Made by a program: the position numbers and the translations under genes
In this document: positions 25,681 to 37,498 of the stretch, piece by piece
Layout of the letters: each line of letters opens with the position of its first letter
How positions within the stretch are numbered: the stretch's first letter is position 1
Notes under the pieces: model-generated
The model's input: only the letters and a program-made list of their open reading frames with translations
The model's database searches: none
What the model was told of the DNA's origin: nothing
NCBI RefSeq assembly: GCF_006345805.1
Contig: NC_043002.1
Location: 69,998,001-70,062,000 of the forward strand
From: Octopus sinensis
Taxonomy: Eukaryota
Length of the DNA stretch: 64,000 nucleotides
Direction: 5' to 3'

Positions 25681-26486
25681 GCTGGTCTTGTACATGCGTG
25701 AATATATGTGTATGTATAGGCGTTCGTATATGTAAGTATAACGTAGTTCTGTATATACTATATATATATATATATATAATATATAATATATATATATATA
25801 TAATAATATATATATATATATTATATATCTGTATTTATGTGCTTTCTGGTATATTCAACTGAGAAGGCAGAGCTTCTCTGAAGCAAAGCCAGAAATCCAG
25901 GATCTTGAATTATCCAGTAAAATCTGTTTTGCTAGTTTATTTTGCCTTTCTGTCTTCTCTCCTGGTCAATATGAACATTTTAGGTGGTTTTAGGGTCAGG
26001 GTTCTGACTGCTATTTCAGCATGTTGGTATCTCTCAGATACCCTAATTTATAGTTTAAATAATTATTACCCTTGTATGGTATTTATTCCTATGCTGGCCA
26101 CTAGATAAGATAGATATTTAAATTGCGGTGTTTATTTTGACCATATCACGCTTGGAAATGTTTGGCGGGCAACTTAAGCTGGCCTTGTACATACGTGCAT
26201 ATATATGTATGTATAGGCGTTTGTATATGTAAGTATAACGTATGTTCTGTATATATATATCTATAATTATGTACTTTCTGGTATATTCAACTGAAGAAGG
26301 TAGGGCTTCTCTGAAGCAAAGCCAGAAATCCAGGATCTTGAATTATCCAGTAAAAACTATTTTTGCTAGTTTATTTTACCTTTCTGTCTTCTCTCCTGGC
26401 GCGATATGAACATTTAAGGTGGTTTTAGGGTCAAGGTTTTGACTGCAATTTCAGCGTGGTGGTATCTCTCAGATATCCTAATTTAT
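25681..26486 (+). repeat. Local direct duplication (25681-26051 and 26178-26486)
   Basis: Both copies run gctgg(t/c)cttgtacat...gaagcaaagccagaaatccaggatcttgaattatccagtaaaa...ggtatctctcagata. Confidence 0.9.
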
Positions 26487-26716
26487 TTATATATATATAT
26501 ATAAAATAAATATTAGGGAATAAATCCAAACTTACAGGGAAAAATCAGATTTAGGATTGAATCCAATTTTATAGTAAAATATTATATTATATTAAATTAG
26601 AGACAAAACCACTATTAGGCAAATCAAACAATGAAAAACTTAATCCATTTACATAATATTTTAGTTTATATTATTTAAATATATAACAAAATATTAAAAA
26701 AATATAATTAATATCA

Positions 26717-26778
26717 CACTACGATCGTTCATGCTGCAGAACATCTTCAAATTTGAGTCGCAGTCATTCATCAGGTGG
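26717..26778 (-). ncRNA. Type-I hammerhead ribozyme-like motif (left arm of the foldback)
   Basis: Reverse complement CCAC-CUGAUGA-AUGACUGC...GCAGCAU-GAA-CGAUCG-UA-GUG, one A short of an ideal motif. Confidence 0.55.
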
Positions 26779-26797
26779 TTTAAGTTAATATTTTAAA

Positions 26798-26863
26798 CCA
26801 CCTGATGAATGACTGCGACTCAAAATTTGAAGATGTTAGCAGCATGAAAACGATCGTAAAGTG
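26798..26863 (+). ncRNA. Type-I hammerhead ribozyme-like motif (right arm of the foldback)
   Basis: CCAC-CUGAUGA-AUGACUGC...GCAGCAU-GAAAA-CGAUCG-UA-AAGUG, with extra As relative to an ideal motif. Confidence 0.55.
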
Positions 26864-27230
26864 ATATTAATTATATTTTTTAATAATTTTGTTATATATT
26901 AAATAATATAATTAAATAATAATTATGTATTGGATTAAGTTTTTCATTGTTTGATTGCCTAATAGTGGTTTTGTCTCTAATTTAATATAATATATATATA
27001 TATATGTATAATCAAGGGTGCTAACAAGCAGTACCGGCATGCTAACGAAAAAGACTTTTCCATTTTGACGCTAACTTGTTGTTCCCACACCTGTTTTCGT
27101 CTTTGGTTTTCTATAAATTTGAACTATATATATATATATATATATATTAATAATAAATATTAAGGAATAAATTCAAACTTACAGGGAAAAATCAGATTTA
27201 GGATTGAATCCAATTTATAGTAAAATATTA

Positions 27231-27453
27231 TATTATACAAATTAGAGACAAAACCACTATTATGCAAATCAAACAAAGAAAGACTTAATCCAATACATAA
27301 ATTAATTTATATTATTTAGTAATTTAACAATTATTAATTATTAATATTAATAATTGTTAAATTACTAAATAATATAAATTAATTTATGTATTGGATTAAG
27401 TCTTTCTTTGTTTGAATTGCATAATAGTGGTTTTGTCTCTAATTTGTATAATA
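27231..27453. repeat. Second foldback of about 220 bp from the same family, with an earlier turn point
   Basis: Same outer arms and the same preceding 80 bp (27153-27230 matches 26503-26582). It lacks the hammerhead segment. Confidence 0.9.
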
Positions 27454-27514
27454 TATATATATATATATTAATATATATCTATATAATTATAATTATATAT
27501 ATATATATATAACG

Positions 27515-27714
27515 GTAAGCTTTATGAAAAAACAAAAGACGAAGCAGGTGGAAAACAAACAAAACAATGTATTAGTATGGCGCTCAGGAAATATAAAAAA
27601 ACAAGTCTTTAACGTTTCGAGCCTACGCCTTCAACAGAAAGATCACAGAGAGAAAAAAAAACACAGAAAGAAGGAGAGAAAAAAATGCGTGCAGTAACTA
27701 ACGAATCAACATGG
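27515..27714 (-). mobile_element. PLE pseudo-LTR fragment (family A) with a hammerhead motif at 27606-27642
   Basis: Near-copy of 29436-29650. Reverse complement UCUUU-CUGUUGA-A-GGC(GUAG)GCUC-GAAACGUU-AAAGA. Confidence 0.7.
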
Positions 27715-27924
27715 ATGCGAATGAGGTGTGATTAGTGGGATATCCAATATATGTGTATGCGTTTAAATATATATGTATACACATACAGCCAAAATGATCA
27801 AACTTCAAATTTTCACTTACACACAAAAGTGAAAGCCGGCAAATGAATAAAAATCCTAAAACCCCGTACAATCATCCTTTTGCCCGCTTTCATCTTTGTG
27901 TTTAAGTGAAAATTTGTGGATTGG

Positions 27925-28124
27925 TCAAGCGACTCCGTAGAAGTTCCTCCACCGAATCGATTTTGTAAATGGTTTTAGGGGATTGTATTCACCAAGATAA
28001 ATCCCATGAACTACTCGGGTGTTACAACCTTCATGTAGAAATACAAGGGTCAAGTTATCTTGATCCGAGTTCGCAACTATGCTCTGTCTCCACGAAATAC
28101 TCACAGCAAGAGTTGAACTGAAGA
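27925..28124 (-). CDS. Candidate exon of an unidentified minus-strand gene (65-codon terminal exon, or a 20-nt microexon ending at 28105)
   Basis: Strong acceptor ttattatattctttgtttgcag, then phase-1 open frame VFSSTLAVSISWRQ...GCNTRVVHGIYLGEYNPLKPF...YGVA-stop. A GTGAGT donor lies 20 nt in. Confidence 0.3.
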
Positions 28125-28439
28125 CTGCAAACAAAGAATATAATAAAAAGTTCTCTTCCTTGGAAACATCTAACAGCAATGTAGACTCGGTCGTTAAAAG
28201 ATATACTCATTGGCTATAGTTAGTGTTAAAAATGACACAAATTATCAATCTTTATTTTGGTCGCCAGTATAGTTACTCCTGTGTAACAGTAACAGATGAA
28301 AGAAGTATTGGTTATCTTCATTTTCTCAGTCTATTAAATGACCAGAAGTAATATTTCATAAAAGTTAATCAGAAAGTTAGCAGACGAAATCAAAAGATTC
28401 TCTATCTCTCTCTTTCTGTGTGTATGCATATATATATTT

Positions 28440-28499
<60 letters not shown>

Positions 28500-28580
28500 A
28501 TATATATGTAATATATATATATGTATGTATATATATATAATGTATGTATATATATATTATATATATATATGTATGTATAT

Positions 28581-28614
<34 letters not shown>

Positions 28615-28803
28615 ATATATATATATATATGTATATATATGTGCTTTTTGCACCTTTTACATAAGAAAGTAATTTTTTTCTCCATTGGTAACTGTAGTGA
28701 ATTTGCTTTTAGAAGTTGAAATATGTCCCAAACATATTTTAACTAACCTAAAGTTCGCTCATGCCTGATCGCTGCTTGGCGCTGATGCTGCTGATGCTGC
28801 TGA

Positions 28804-28870
<67 letters not shown>

Positions 28871-28917
28871 GTATATAACATTTCATATGGATATACGCAC
28901 ACATTCACACACACACA

Positions 28918-28962
<45 letters not shown>

Positions 28963-29537
28963 CGAAGGAAAAAATGACATGAAAGAATTAGATGTATGAA
29001 AAATTTATTCATATGTTAAAACAATGTTGAAAAATTTTCTTTTAAAAACATTACAATATTGTAATGATTTTAAAAGAAATTCTTAAGTTGTAAAGCTCAA
29101 AAAGAATTAAAAAAAACCTACACATGTTTTTGTGCTTTCCTCTAGTTAATTAGAAAGTCTAAGTATTAATAATATATTAATAATATATATAATTACCATA
29201 ATCTCTAATATAAACAAGTGATTTTCGCATTATATGATAGAGATTAACCAGTGGAATTTTTGGAGGTTATAAGTCCCTCGAACTGACTATATATATAGGC
29301 GCAGAAATGGCTATGTGGTAAGTACATGGTTCCGGGTTCAGTCCCACTGCGTGGCACATTGCGCCGACCAAAGTCTTGTGAGTGGATTTGGTAGACGGAA
29401 ACTGAAAGAAGACCGTGGTGATACCTATAATATTATATAAACGGAAAGCTTTATGAAAATAAACAAAAGACGAAGGCAGGTGGAAAACAAACGAACAATT
29501 GTATAGTATGGCGCGCCAGAAAATATAAAAAAACAAG

Positions 29538-29575
29538 TCTTTAACGTTTCGAGCCTACGCTCTTCAACAGAAAGA
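29538..29575 (-). ncRNA. Minimal type-I hammerhead ribozyme-like motif (family A, best copy)
   Basis: UCUUU-CUGUUGA-A-GAGC(GUAG)GCUC-GAAACGUU-AAAGA: 5-bp stem I and palindromic AACGUU. Confidence 0.6.
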
Positions 29576-30124
29576 TACACAGAGAGAGAAAAACACAAGA
29601 AAGAAGGAGAAAAAAAAATGCGTGCAGTAGCTAACGAATCACAACATGGCGATCTGATTTCGGCCAGAGGTCAAAGATCAAACATGAGACGCGAGAGCGA
29701 AATAAGGGGAGATAATAGGGTTGATAAACGGGTGGACGGGACCAGCTAAAAGTGCGTGGGGGGGTCTGGATGTGTGTATGTATAGGGTTGGTGTATGTAT
29801 TAGTATGTATAAGGGTGTGGGGTGTGTGTATGAGAGAGTATTAGTGCGTAAGATTGGTCTGGACGTGCGTATGTATGGGGTTGGTGTATGTATTAGTATG
29901 TATTAGTATGTATTAGTACGTATTGGTATGTATAGGTATGTGTGTGTGTGTGTGAGAGAGTAGTAAGTGCGTATGGGGGGTCTGGACGTGTGTATATGTA
30001 TAGGGTTGGTGTAAAGTATTAGTATGTACTAGTATGTATTAGTACGTATTAGTATGTATTAGTTGGCTGTGTGTATTTAGTATGGCACATCATATGTGAT
30101 GTGATGTGGTAAAGTCATGTGTGT

Positions 30125-30445
30125 AGTGAGGGAAGAGGGGGAGGGGGGGAAGAGGGGGAGAAGAGGGGGGGGAGAAGGGGAGGGGAAGAAGAGGGGGGAG
30201 GAGAAGGGGGAAGAGGAGAGGATGGGGAGAAGGAAGGGGAGAGGGGGATGAAGGAGGAAAGAGGGAGAGGGGGAGAGAGGGAGTGAGGGAGCAGAGGGAA
30301 GGGGAAGAGGGAGGGAGAAAGAGGGAAGAAGGGAAGGGGAGTAGGGGTGAAAGGATGAAGGACTGAAGTCAAGAGGGGTAGGGGGGGGGAGGAAAGGATA
30401 GGCGAGGAGGGGGGAGGGGGGTTAGATGAGGAGGGGGGGAGAGTT
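30125..30445. repeat. Polypurine (G/A) tract with many G-runs
   Basis: About 320 nt that are almost all G or A. It lies directly 3' of the GIY-YIG ORF. Confidence 0.9.
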
Positions 30446-30769
30446 GAGACCAAATGGCGTATAAGAGCGAAGAGAGAAGATTAATTCCTGTTCACGGCGC
30501 AAACGGGAATCCGGATGGCCTCTGTGTAAGGACAAACCGAACACAGATAGGTGTTGCAAGGAGTGACCGGTGGAGCGGAAATGGCGTGAGACCGGTGTGT
30601 CGTTCGCAAGGTGGATGTCACGAAGGTGTTCCGCGAACCGGTCAGCCAAGCGGCGTCCCGTTTGTCCGATGTACAAGGAATTGCAGAGAGAGCAAGAGAT
30701 GCAATATATATATATATATATAGATATATATATATAATATATATGTATGTAATATATCTGTGTGTGTAT

Positions 30770-30988
30770 TTATATGTTTGTGTGTCTGTATTTGTCCCCC
30801 CAACATCGCTTGACAATCGATGCTGGTGGTTTACGTCCCCGTCACTTAGCGGTTCAGCAATAGAGACCGATAGAATAAGTACTAGGCTTACAAAGAATAA
30901 GTCCTGGGTTCGATTTGCTCGACTAAAGGCGGTGCCCCAGCATGCCCGCAGTCAAATGACTGAAACAAATAAAAGAATAAAAGAAAAA
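30770..30988 (+). mobile_element. SINE family A 3' half
   Basis: Aligns to 53260-53450. Confidence 0.8.
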
Positions 30989-31336
30989 GACTATATGTGT
31001 GTGTGTGTGTGTGTGCGTGTGTGTGTGTGTGTGTGTTTGTGCGTGTGTGTGTGTATCATATCATATATAATTTCGTATGGATCTGGAATTAATTACCATT
31101 TGGCAATTATGGCACATCCTCTAGTGCCGGAGATAATTTTTAATAAATCCAGAACTTATGTTGTATAGTATTTGTTATACTTTTATATGTTCCATGTTGT
31201 TCAAATACATCACTGGCCACTGTGATGTATTTCTCTGACCTCATTTTTGTCTACGTATGTGTGTGTTTGCACGTGCGCGTTTGTGCGTGTGTCCTCCACA
31301 TTTGACTTTACATTTGCACTACCAACTAAGATCCAC

Positions 31337-31604
31337 GGGCATATGGCGTAGTGGTTAAGAGCATAGGCTACTAACCCTAAGATTCCGAGTTCGATTCCAG
31401 GCAGTGACCTGAATAATAACAATAGTGATAATAATAATAATAATAACAATAACAACATCGAAAAATACCTTAGGAATGAGAACCCAGGTTCGAAATTTCC
31501 CCAAGACACCTGATGAAGGCTGGAGGGTATATCAGCCAAAATGTTGTGTTAACAAACAAGATGAGGACAAATATCCGTCAAATGTAAATAATGTAAATAA
31601 TGTA
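31337..31604 (+). mobile_element. tRNA-headed SINE carrying a hammerhead-like body
   Basis: A box TGGCGTAGTGG, B box GTTCGATTC, (AAT)n spacer, ACAC-CTGATGA-A-GGCTG...CAGCC-aAAAtGTT-GTGT and a tail of about three AATGTAAAT units. Possible AAGATC TSD (31328 and 31605). Confidence 0.7.
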
Positions 31605-32633
31605 AAGATCTAACATGTTGTTCGTTATAACACCGATACCTGGTCCCACAGGTAGCATTAATGTAACCTACTCTTATGCAAGCCTTTGGAATTGGCCTCT
31701 GACCCAAGGATAACTCAATACTTCTATATGTTACTTTCTACTGCAATAACCAGCCACGAGTCGTGGCCCCCACATCTCTCCAGCCAATCCTACCAGTCAC
31801 AGAAACACTAAAAAGGTCATGGTTGCTAGCCTTCTTTCTCTGATTAACCTATAAAATAAATTTTATAGCCATCAGTAACTAAAAGAAATTGCTTTTGCTA
31901 TGTAACTCTGCATGCCAACATATTCCTATTGTATTTCGTTTCTTTTTGTGTGTAACTGCTTTGGTTTTCTTATAATCTCTGCGTTCCATTTTCTATTTTT
32001 CATTTTTATATAACTAATTTCTTTTCACTTTTCAACCTGTATTTCTATTGCATTTTTTTCTTTTTGTTTTATAACATATATTTTCATGTGCATTTCGGTT
32101 ACCATTTAATTGCTTTCATATTTATTATAACCTATATTTCTATTGCGTTTCATTTATTTTTCGTTGTTCGTTCCTCGTGCAGAATATTTTCAAATAACTC
32201 GCTACAACAAAAAAAAAAAAATAAATAAACAAAAGACAAAAAAATGAAAATATAATCAGATTTTCGTAAGCAAAATCAATATATTAACTATGGAAGATTT
32301 TTTCCATGTGAGCTAAAAACCATCACAGATACTTCACACATGAAATACATTATGAAAGTAACAAGAAGTTAACTGTTAAACGATTTCAAAATCAGCAATG
32401 ATGATTTTTATCAGTTATAACATCATTTTCATGATACCTTGCTGCATACTACAAAACGCTGCAACAACGCAATACAGGCATCATCAAATTTAAAAAAGGT
32501 GGTCGAGAATTTCTCGAAACGTTAATGGGCTTCAAAACATCGTTTCAAATACAACATAAACGACTGGTCGTGTATGAAATATGTATATATATATGCATAC
32601 TTACATATATACACTTATGCAAACATAAATGCT

Positions 32634-32665
<32 letters not shown>

Positions 32666-32679
32666 TATATATATATGTA

Positions 32680-32860
32680 TCTATTATATAAAATCCGTTC
32701 TGTCTGTCTGTGTGTGTGTCTTCTAGGATCTCGGGTATCCTCCATCCGATTGCACTCAAATTTGATATGTAGATACCGACGGTATCAGGGTGTGTATAAG
32801 TCTTGAAAAAATTACAAAAATCGATTCCAGGTGAGAATGCGATCGATAAAGCCATGGGAA
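32680..32860 (+). mobile_element. 5' part of a Helitron-like non-autonomous element
   Basis: A|TC start (atctattatataaaatccg), tctgtctgtctgtgtgtg tract and an organisation like 4402-4759. No CTAG end seen. Confidence 0.4.
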
Positions 32861-33129
32861 CGTGCATTTGTATGCGCAAGTACATCAGGTATTGCGACCG
32901 ATACTACGAGAAAATTTGGTTTAAATGTTTGACAACTCAGCACCGTCCATTGGACGGGGGGCGTTTTGCTCGTATATGTATATGAGTATATGAGTGTGTG
33001 TGTGTATGTATGTATGTATGTATGTATGTATGTATGTATGTATGTATGTATGTGAGTGTGTGTGTACTCAAATATAAGTATGTATACATGATGTATGTAT
33101 AAATGATAAAATAGTATTATATTTGTAAT

Positions 33130-33796
33130 CAGTAGCGGCTCGTAGGTGAAATTAATCGGAGTGCTGCTTCAGAAAAATTTTGGCCGTTGTTTTAATATTG
33201 TGTGAAAGGAAACAAACATATAAAAAGAATACTTATACATAGACTTGATCGGTTCACGTTTTAGCTACTGCCGGGTAGTGTGTTTAATTTGTTCACTGAA
33301 CCCCGCCGCGAATTCCCCCTTGTATTTTTTTTAGAAACCCTAAATTACAAAATAAGGGGGGGGGGGATTTGCCCTATTTTTGAAATCTTGGCAGCAACAC
33401 TGAAGCTGGAAGCAGGATAATAATCTAATTGTACACTTTATCACATTCAAGAATATAAACACGTTTTTCAGTACACCTCACGCGGAGTCAAAAAGAGACA
33501 CTAGCCGTCACTGCGTGAATGACAGTATTCTCTCTCACTAACGTGAAGCTTCCTATCTTGGAATGCGAGCATGCGTACAACAGCCAAATACCGCGTCGCT
33601 GGAACTGTGAAGTGCACAGTTCTATACAAGGATTTTTGTATTTTTTCATAAACTAGAGGATGGTTATTAACATTAAGCTTAAGTATAAAGAAAGAATTAA
33701 AGAAAAAAGGATTTATTATATTGAATGTTATCGATAATATCGAGTGGAAATAGGGGGTGCTGCAGTTCAGCAGTGCCTCTACACGAGCCGCCACTG
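33130..33796. mobile_element. hAT-type non-autonomous DNA transposon
   Basis: TIRs CAGT(A/G)GCGGCTCGT and an 8-bp TSD TTTGTAAT/TTGGTAAT (7 of 8 match). Confidence 0.75.
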
Positions 33797-33959
33797 TTGG
33801 TAATATATAACTCTTCCCTTTTATTTAAAGTTATTGATATAAAAATTATTAAGAGTAAGTAACAAAGAATGTTCTTTATGTAGTTTATCGGAGGGAGAAT
33901 TCCGTAAAAGATATGAACAGAAACTTAGATCTACAATAACTACAATGTATCTTACCCCA

Positions 33960-34330
33960 TAGTGTTAAGCTATAATAATGGATATCAGGATATTACTAGT
34001 TTTTTAGAATTAACCAAATTTGAAGTTAGTTAAATAAGGGTTATTCACAGTAACTAACAAGTAAATGTCCCTATATACGTATGGAGAACTCAGTAAATAA
34101 AATGAAGTAAGATCAACAAGAACATAAGGATTGAGTACCGATTCACGATAAATATAATCAATATTATTTTTTAGATAAAAGACTATAAATAGTATATATC
34201 CAAATTTTATTAATTCTCTCAGAAGTAACAAAATAATATTGTTGCAATAGGGATAAAAGCTATAAACACTTCAATACTATAAGAAGTATTATTGTGGTTA
34301 TGAAGTTTAGTTAGTAAATCAATTAAAACT
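33960..34330 (-). pseudogene. Highly decayed PLE-like RT remnant
   Basis: VDLTSFYLLS...YVYRDIYLLV loosely resembles the PLE motif ELVGLYLL...LYRDD.L.V. Confidence 0.25.
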
Positions 34331-34338
34331 ATTCATTC

Positions 34339-34416
<78 letters not shown>

Positions 34417-34938
34417 CATCATTATCAATTAATTGATAAATTAAATGAATGTATTTATACATATAACTATTTAGTATAATGAAGATATCTTATTTATAAT
34501 TTGTAATTAATATCAAATTATTAATATAATGATGGATTTTACAGTAAATATAAGAATTTGCACTTGAAAGATTCGAAATATTTTGAATTAATCAACTAAA
34601 AAAATAATTTTCTAAATTCTACATTATTATATAAATTAAGATGACAGAACTTGAAGATATACATACACACACACGCACGCACACACACACACGCACGCAC
34701 ATACATACACATATATACATTCACATACATATACACATACATACACATATATACATACATATATATGTGTGTATATATATATACACATACATACACATAC
34801 ATATACGTACATATATGTAGATATACACATATACAACTGTACCCGTAAATACACACATATGGATACACATACACATACAACTATATATATATATATACAG
34901 ACTGACAGTTTTACATATAAACATACACGCATACATAC

Positions 34939-34970
<32 letters not shown>

Positions 34971-35468
34971 TATATAATGTATATATATATATATATAAAT
35001 CCAAAAACGCAGATATATATGCACACATACATATATATACACACATACACATGCATGCATATACACATACATACACTCATACACGTATATATACACACAA
35101 CATATTCACCCTCCTTTATATATGCATATATACATATCCATACACATATACACATATATACATAGACATATATTCACATGTTCATACACAAACACACATA
35201 CCATATATAAAGTGAGAATTTACAAAAAACAAAAGACGAAGACGGGTGTGTAAACAACAATCAGATTACATTTCGATCCTACGTAAGGAACACAGAAATA
35301 AACAGGGAAAGAAAATAGGAAAAGGTTTAGTGACATATAAATTGACGTAATGAGAGTAAAAAAAAGCCAAGGCGATAAATAGATTTCATAACATTTATCA
35401 AGAAAAGGTCTTACAGCTGTTTCTGGGATATTTTATATATTCCTTTATCCCTTCATTTTATATATCAC

Positions 35469-35524
<56 letters not shown>

Positions 35525-35609
35525 TAATATACAGACATATATATACACATACACTCATACATATACTTAAACACAGGTTTTTACTCACACATATATATAG
35601 ATATATTAT

Positions 35610-36092
35610 ATCACCAATCACCTTGATAACTTTGACCGACCAGTCCGTCAGGCGTCCATTTGACACCGCTGGTCACAGCACGCAGTCCACTCCTCTCTGG
35701 ATCGCGCCTTTCTTATCCACGTGATCCCAATCGTCCTCCTGAAATCATCACTCCACCGTCGTGGTGGTCTTCCGGGTGGTCTTTTCCGCTCACGCGGGTA
35801 CCACTCGACAACTACGTGCGTCCACCGATTATCGGTGAGCCAGGCGACGTGTCCAGCCCATCTATAATTGCTGCGTGTATACTCTGCGATGACATCTCTT
35901 ACGCCGGACTTCTTTCTGATGATCTTGCTACTTATGTGCTCTCTCAACGAGATACCAAGCATTGACCTTTCCATGGCTCTTTGAACCGTTACCAGTCTTT
36001 GCACTTCTCTCTTTGTGGTAGCCCATGTTTCACTACCATATAACATTGCAGGCAGAACTGCACTGTTAATGAGGTTGGCGCGGGTGGTACTC
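35610..36092 (-). mobile_element. 5'-truncated RTE-clade LINE 3' end
   Basis: VLPAMLYGSETW...QRAMERSMLG...RWAGHVA...W.P...KR..GRP..RW.D (ORF 35648-36094). Confidence 0.9.
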
Positions 36093-36985
36093 ATATCACC
36101 AATATAATACTATATTATTTTTTTTATATATAATAATATAGTATATATATATAATATTTATTTTATTACCGTCTCTAGATTAAGTGAAACACTCATACTT
36201 AATTCATTTATATACTTATATATTGTTGTTGTATGTTATTAAAATAGCCAAAGATTGACTTCGACCTAAATGAATTTGGATTAATATTATTTAAAATATA
36301 TAGAAATATATTTCGATAATTGTAGATTCTATTTACTTAATTATTTTGTCCATTATAATTTTGTTGTTTTTTTTAATTGCAATTATGTAGTTGAAAAGTT
36401 AACGCTCGCGCTCTTAAACATAGGCATTTGAAGTAATTTTTTTTGCAATCCAGCCGTCCTTTAACACAGAATTTCCTCTGTCTTTTAATCCGCCTTTGTC
36501 TTTTCTGGACCAGACGTCCACCTGGCTAGACGTCACTTCTTTTGCCTCCCGACATTTTTTCTCTTCTGCTATTTTCTTCTCTTCTATTTATTCTATATCC
36601 TTTCAAAATTTCTCCCGGGTGTTACCCATTGCAACTCATCTTGGACTAACGGCCCTTAATATTTATTTGTCTTCTTCGATTGTTTACTCTGAACGTCCAC
36701 TCTGTTGTTGTTTTTCGTTCGAAGCCCTAAATCTCCACAAATTGTCTTTTCAAAATTTCTGGACGCTGCTGTCTTAAGCAGTTTTCCTATCTTGTCGCTG
36801 AAAGCTCGAAATAGGTAGTAATAAACAGTCGACAACCGAGGAGGAGTTAGACTCCTTTTGGTATTTTGTCTCGTACTTGTCTGTCGTTATGTGTTTAGGT
36901 ACTTGTCACTCTTTAGTGATGCCCTGTACTTATCTCTCGTGTGTTTACGTATTTTTCACTCGTTGGTGATGTCCTATACTTAATG

Positions 36986-37076
<91 letters not shown>

Positions 37077-37092
37077 ATATATGTATATATGT

Positions 37093-37498
37093 AGGCGTAG
37101 GAGTTGCTGTGTGGTAAGTAGCTTGCTTACGAACCACATAGTTCCGGGTTCAGTCCCACTGCGTGGCACCTTTGGCAAGTGTCTTCTACTATAGCTTCGG
37201 GCCGATCATAGCCTTGTGAGTGGATTTGGTAGACGGAAACTGAAAGAAGCCCGTCGTATATATGTATATGCATATATGTATATGTGTGTATATGTTTGTG
37301 TGTCTGTGTTTGTCCCCCAAACATAGCTTGACAACCGATGCTGGTGTGTTTACGTCCCCGTAACTTAGCGGTTCGGCAAAAGAGACCGATAGAATAAGTA
37401 CTAGACTTACAAAGAATAAGTCCTGGTGTCGATTTGCTCGACTAAAGGCGGTGCTCCAGCATGGCCACAGTCAAATGACTGAAGCAAGTAAAAGAGTA
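37093..37498 (+). mobile_element. Full-length tRNA-derived SINE family A
   Basis: Complete head, ccttggcaagtgtctt domain, microsatellite middle and 3' aaagagta. Confidence 0.9.

Larger units (their letters stand above)
26583..26994. repeat. Near-perfect foldback (inverted repeat) of about 410 bp with a 9-nt loop
   Basis: Arms meet at gtggtttaa-gttaatatt-ttaaaccac. The outer ends are tattaaattagagacaaaaccactatt and its reverse complement. Confidence 0.95.
29436..30705 (-). mobile_element. 5'-truncated Penelope-like element: GIY-YIG endonuclease end, pyrimidine-rich UTR and pseudo-LTR
   Basis: CISCSLCNSLYIGQTGRRLADRFAEHLRDI...HF...H...RLRREQELI (30422-30705). The downstream pLTR carries a hammerhead motif. 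Confidence 0.85.

Noticed and set aside
31337-31408. tRNA gene (also the heads at 12200, 37093, 52981, 54666)
   Set aside because: No complete cloverleaf with a paired acceptor stem. Each continues into a multicopy SINE body.
32500-32530. gagaatttctcgaaacgtt (stem plus GAAACGUU)
   Set aside because: No CUGANGA-like core upstream.
36410-36560. Minus-strand ATG ORF MSGGKEVTSSQ... as a first coding exon
   Set aside because: Only 46 codons, a weak donor and no homology recognised, so it is unsupported.
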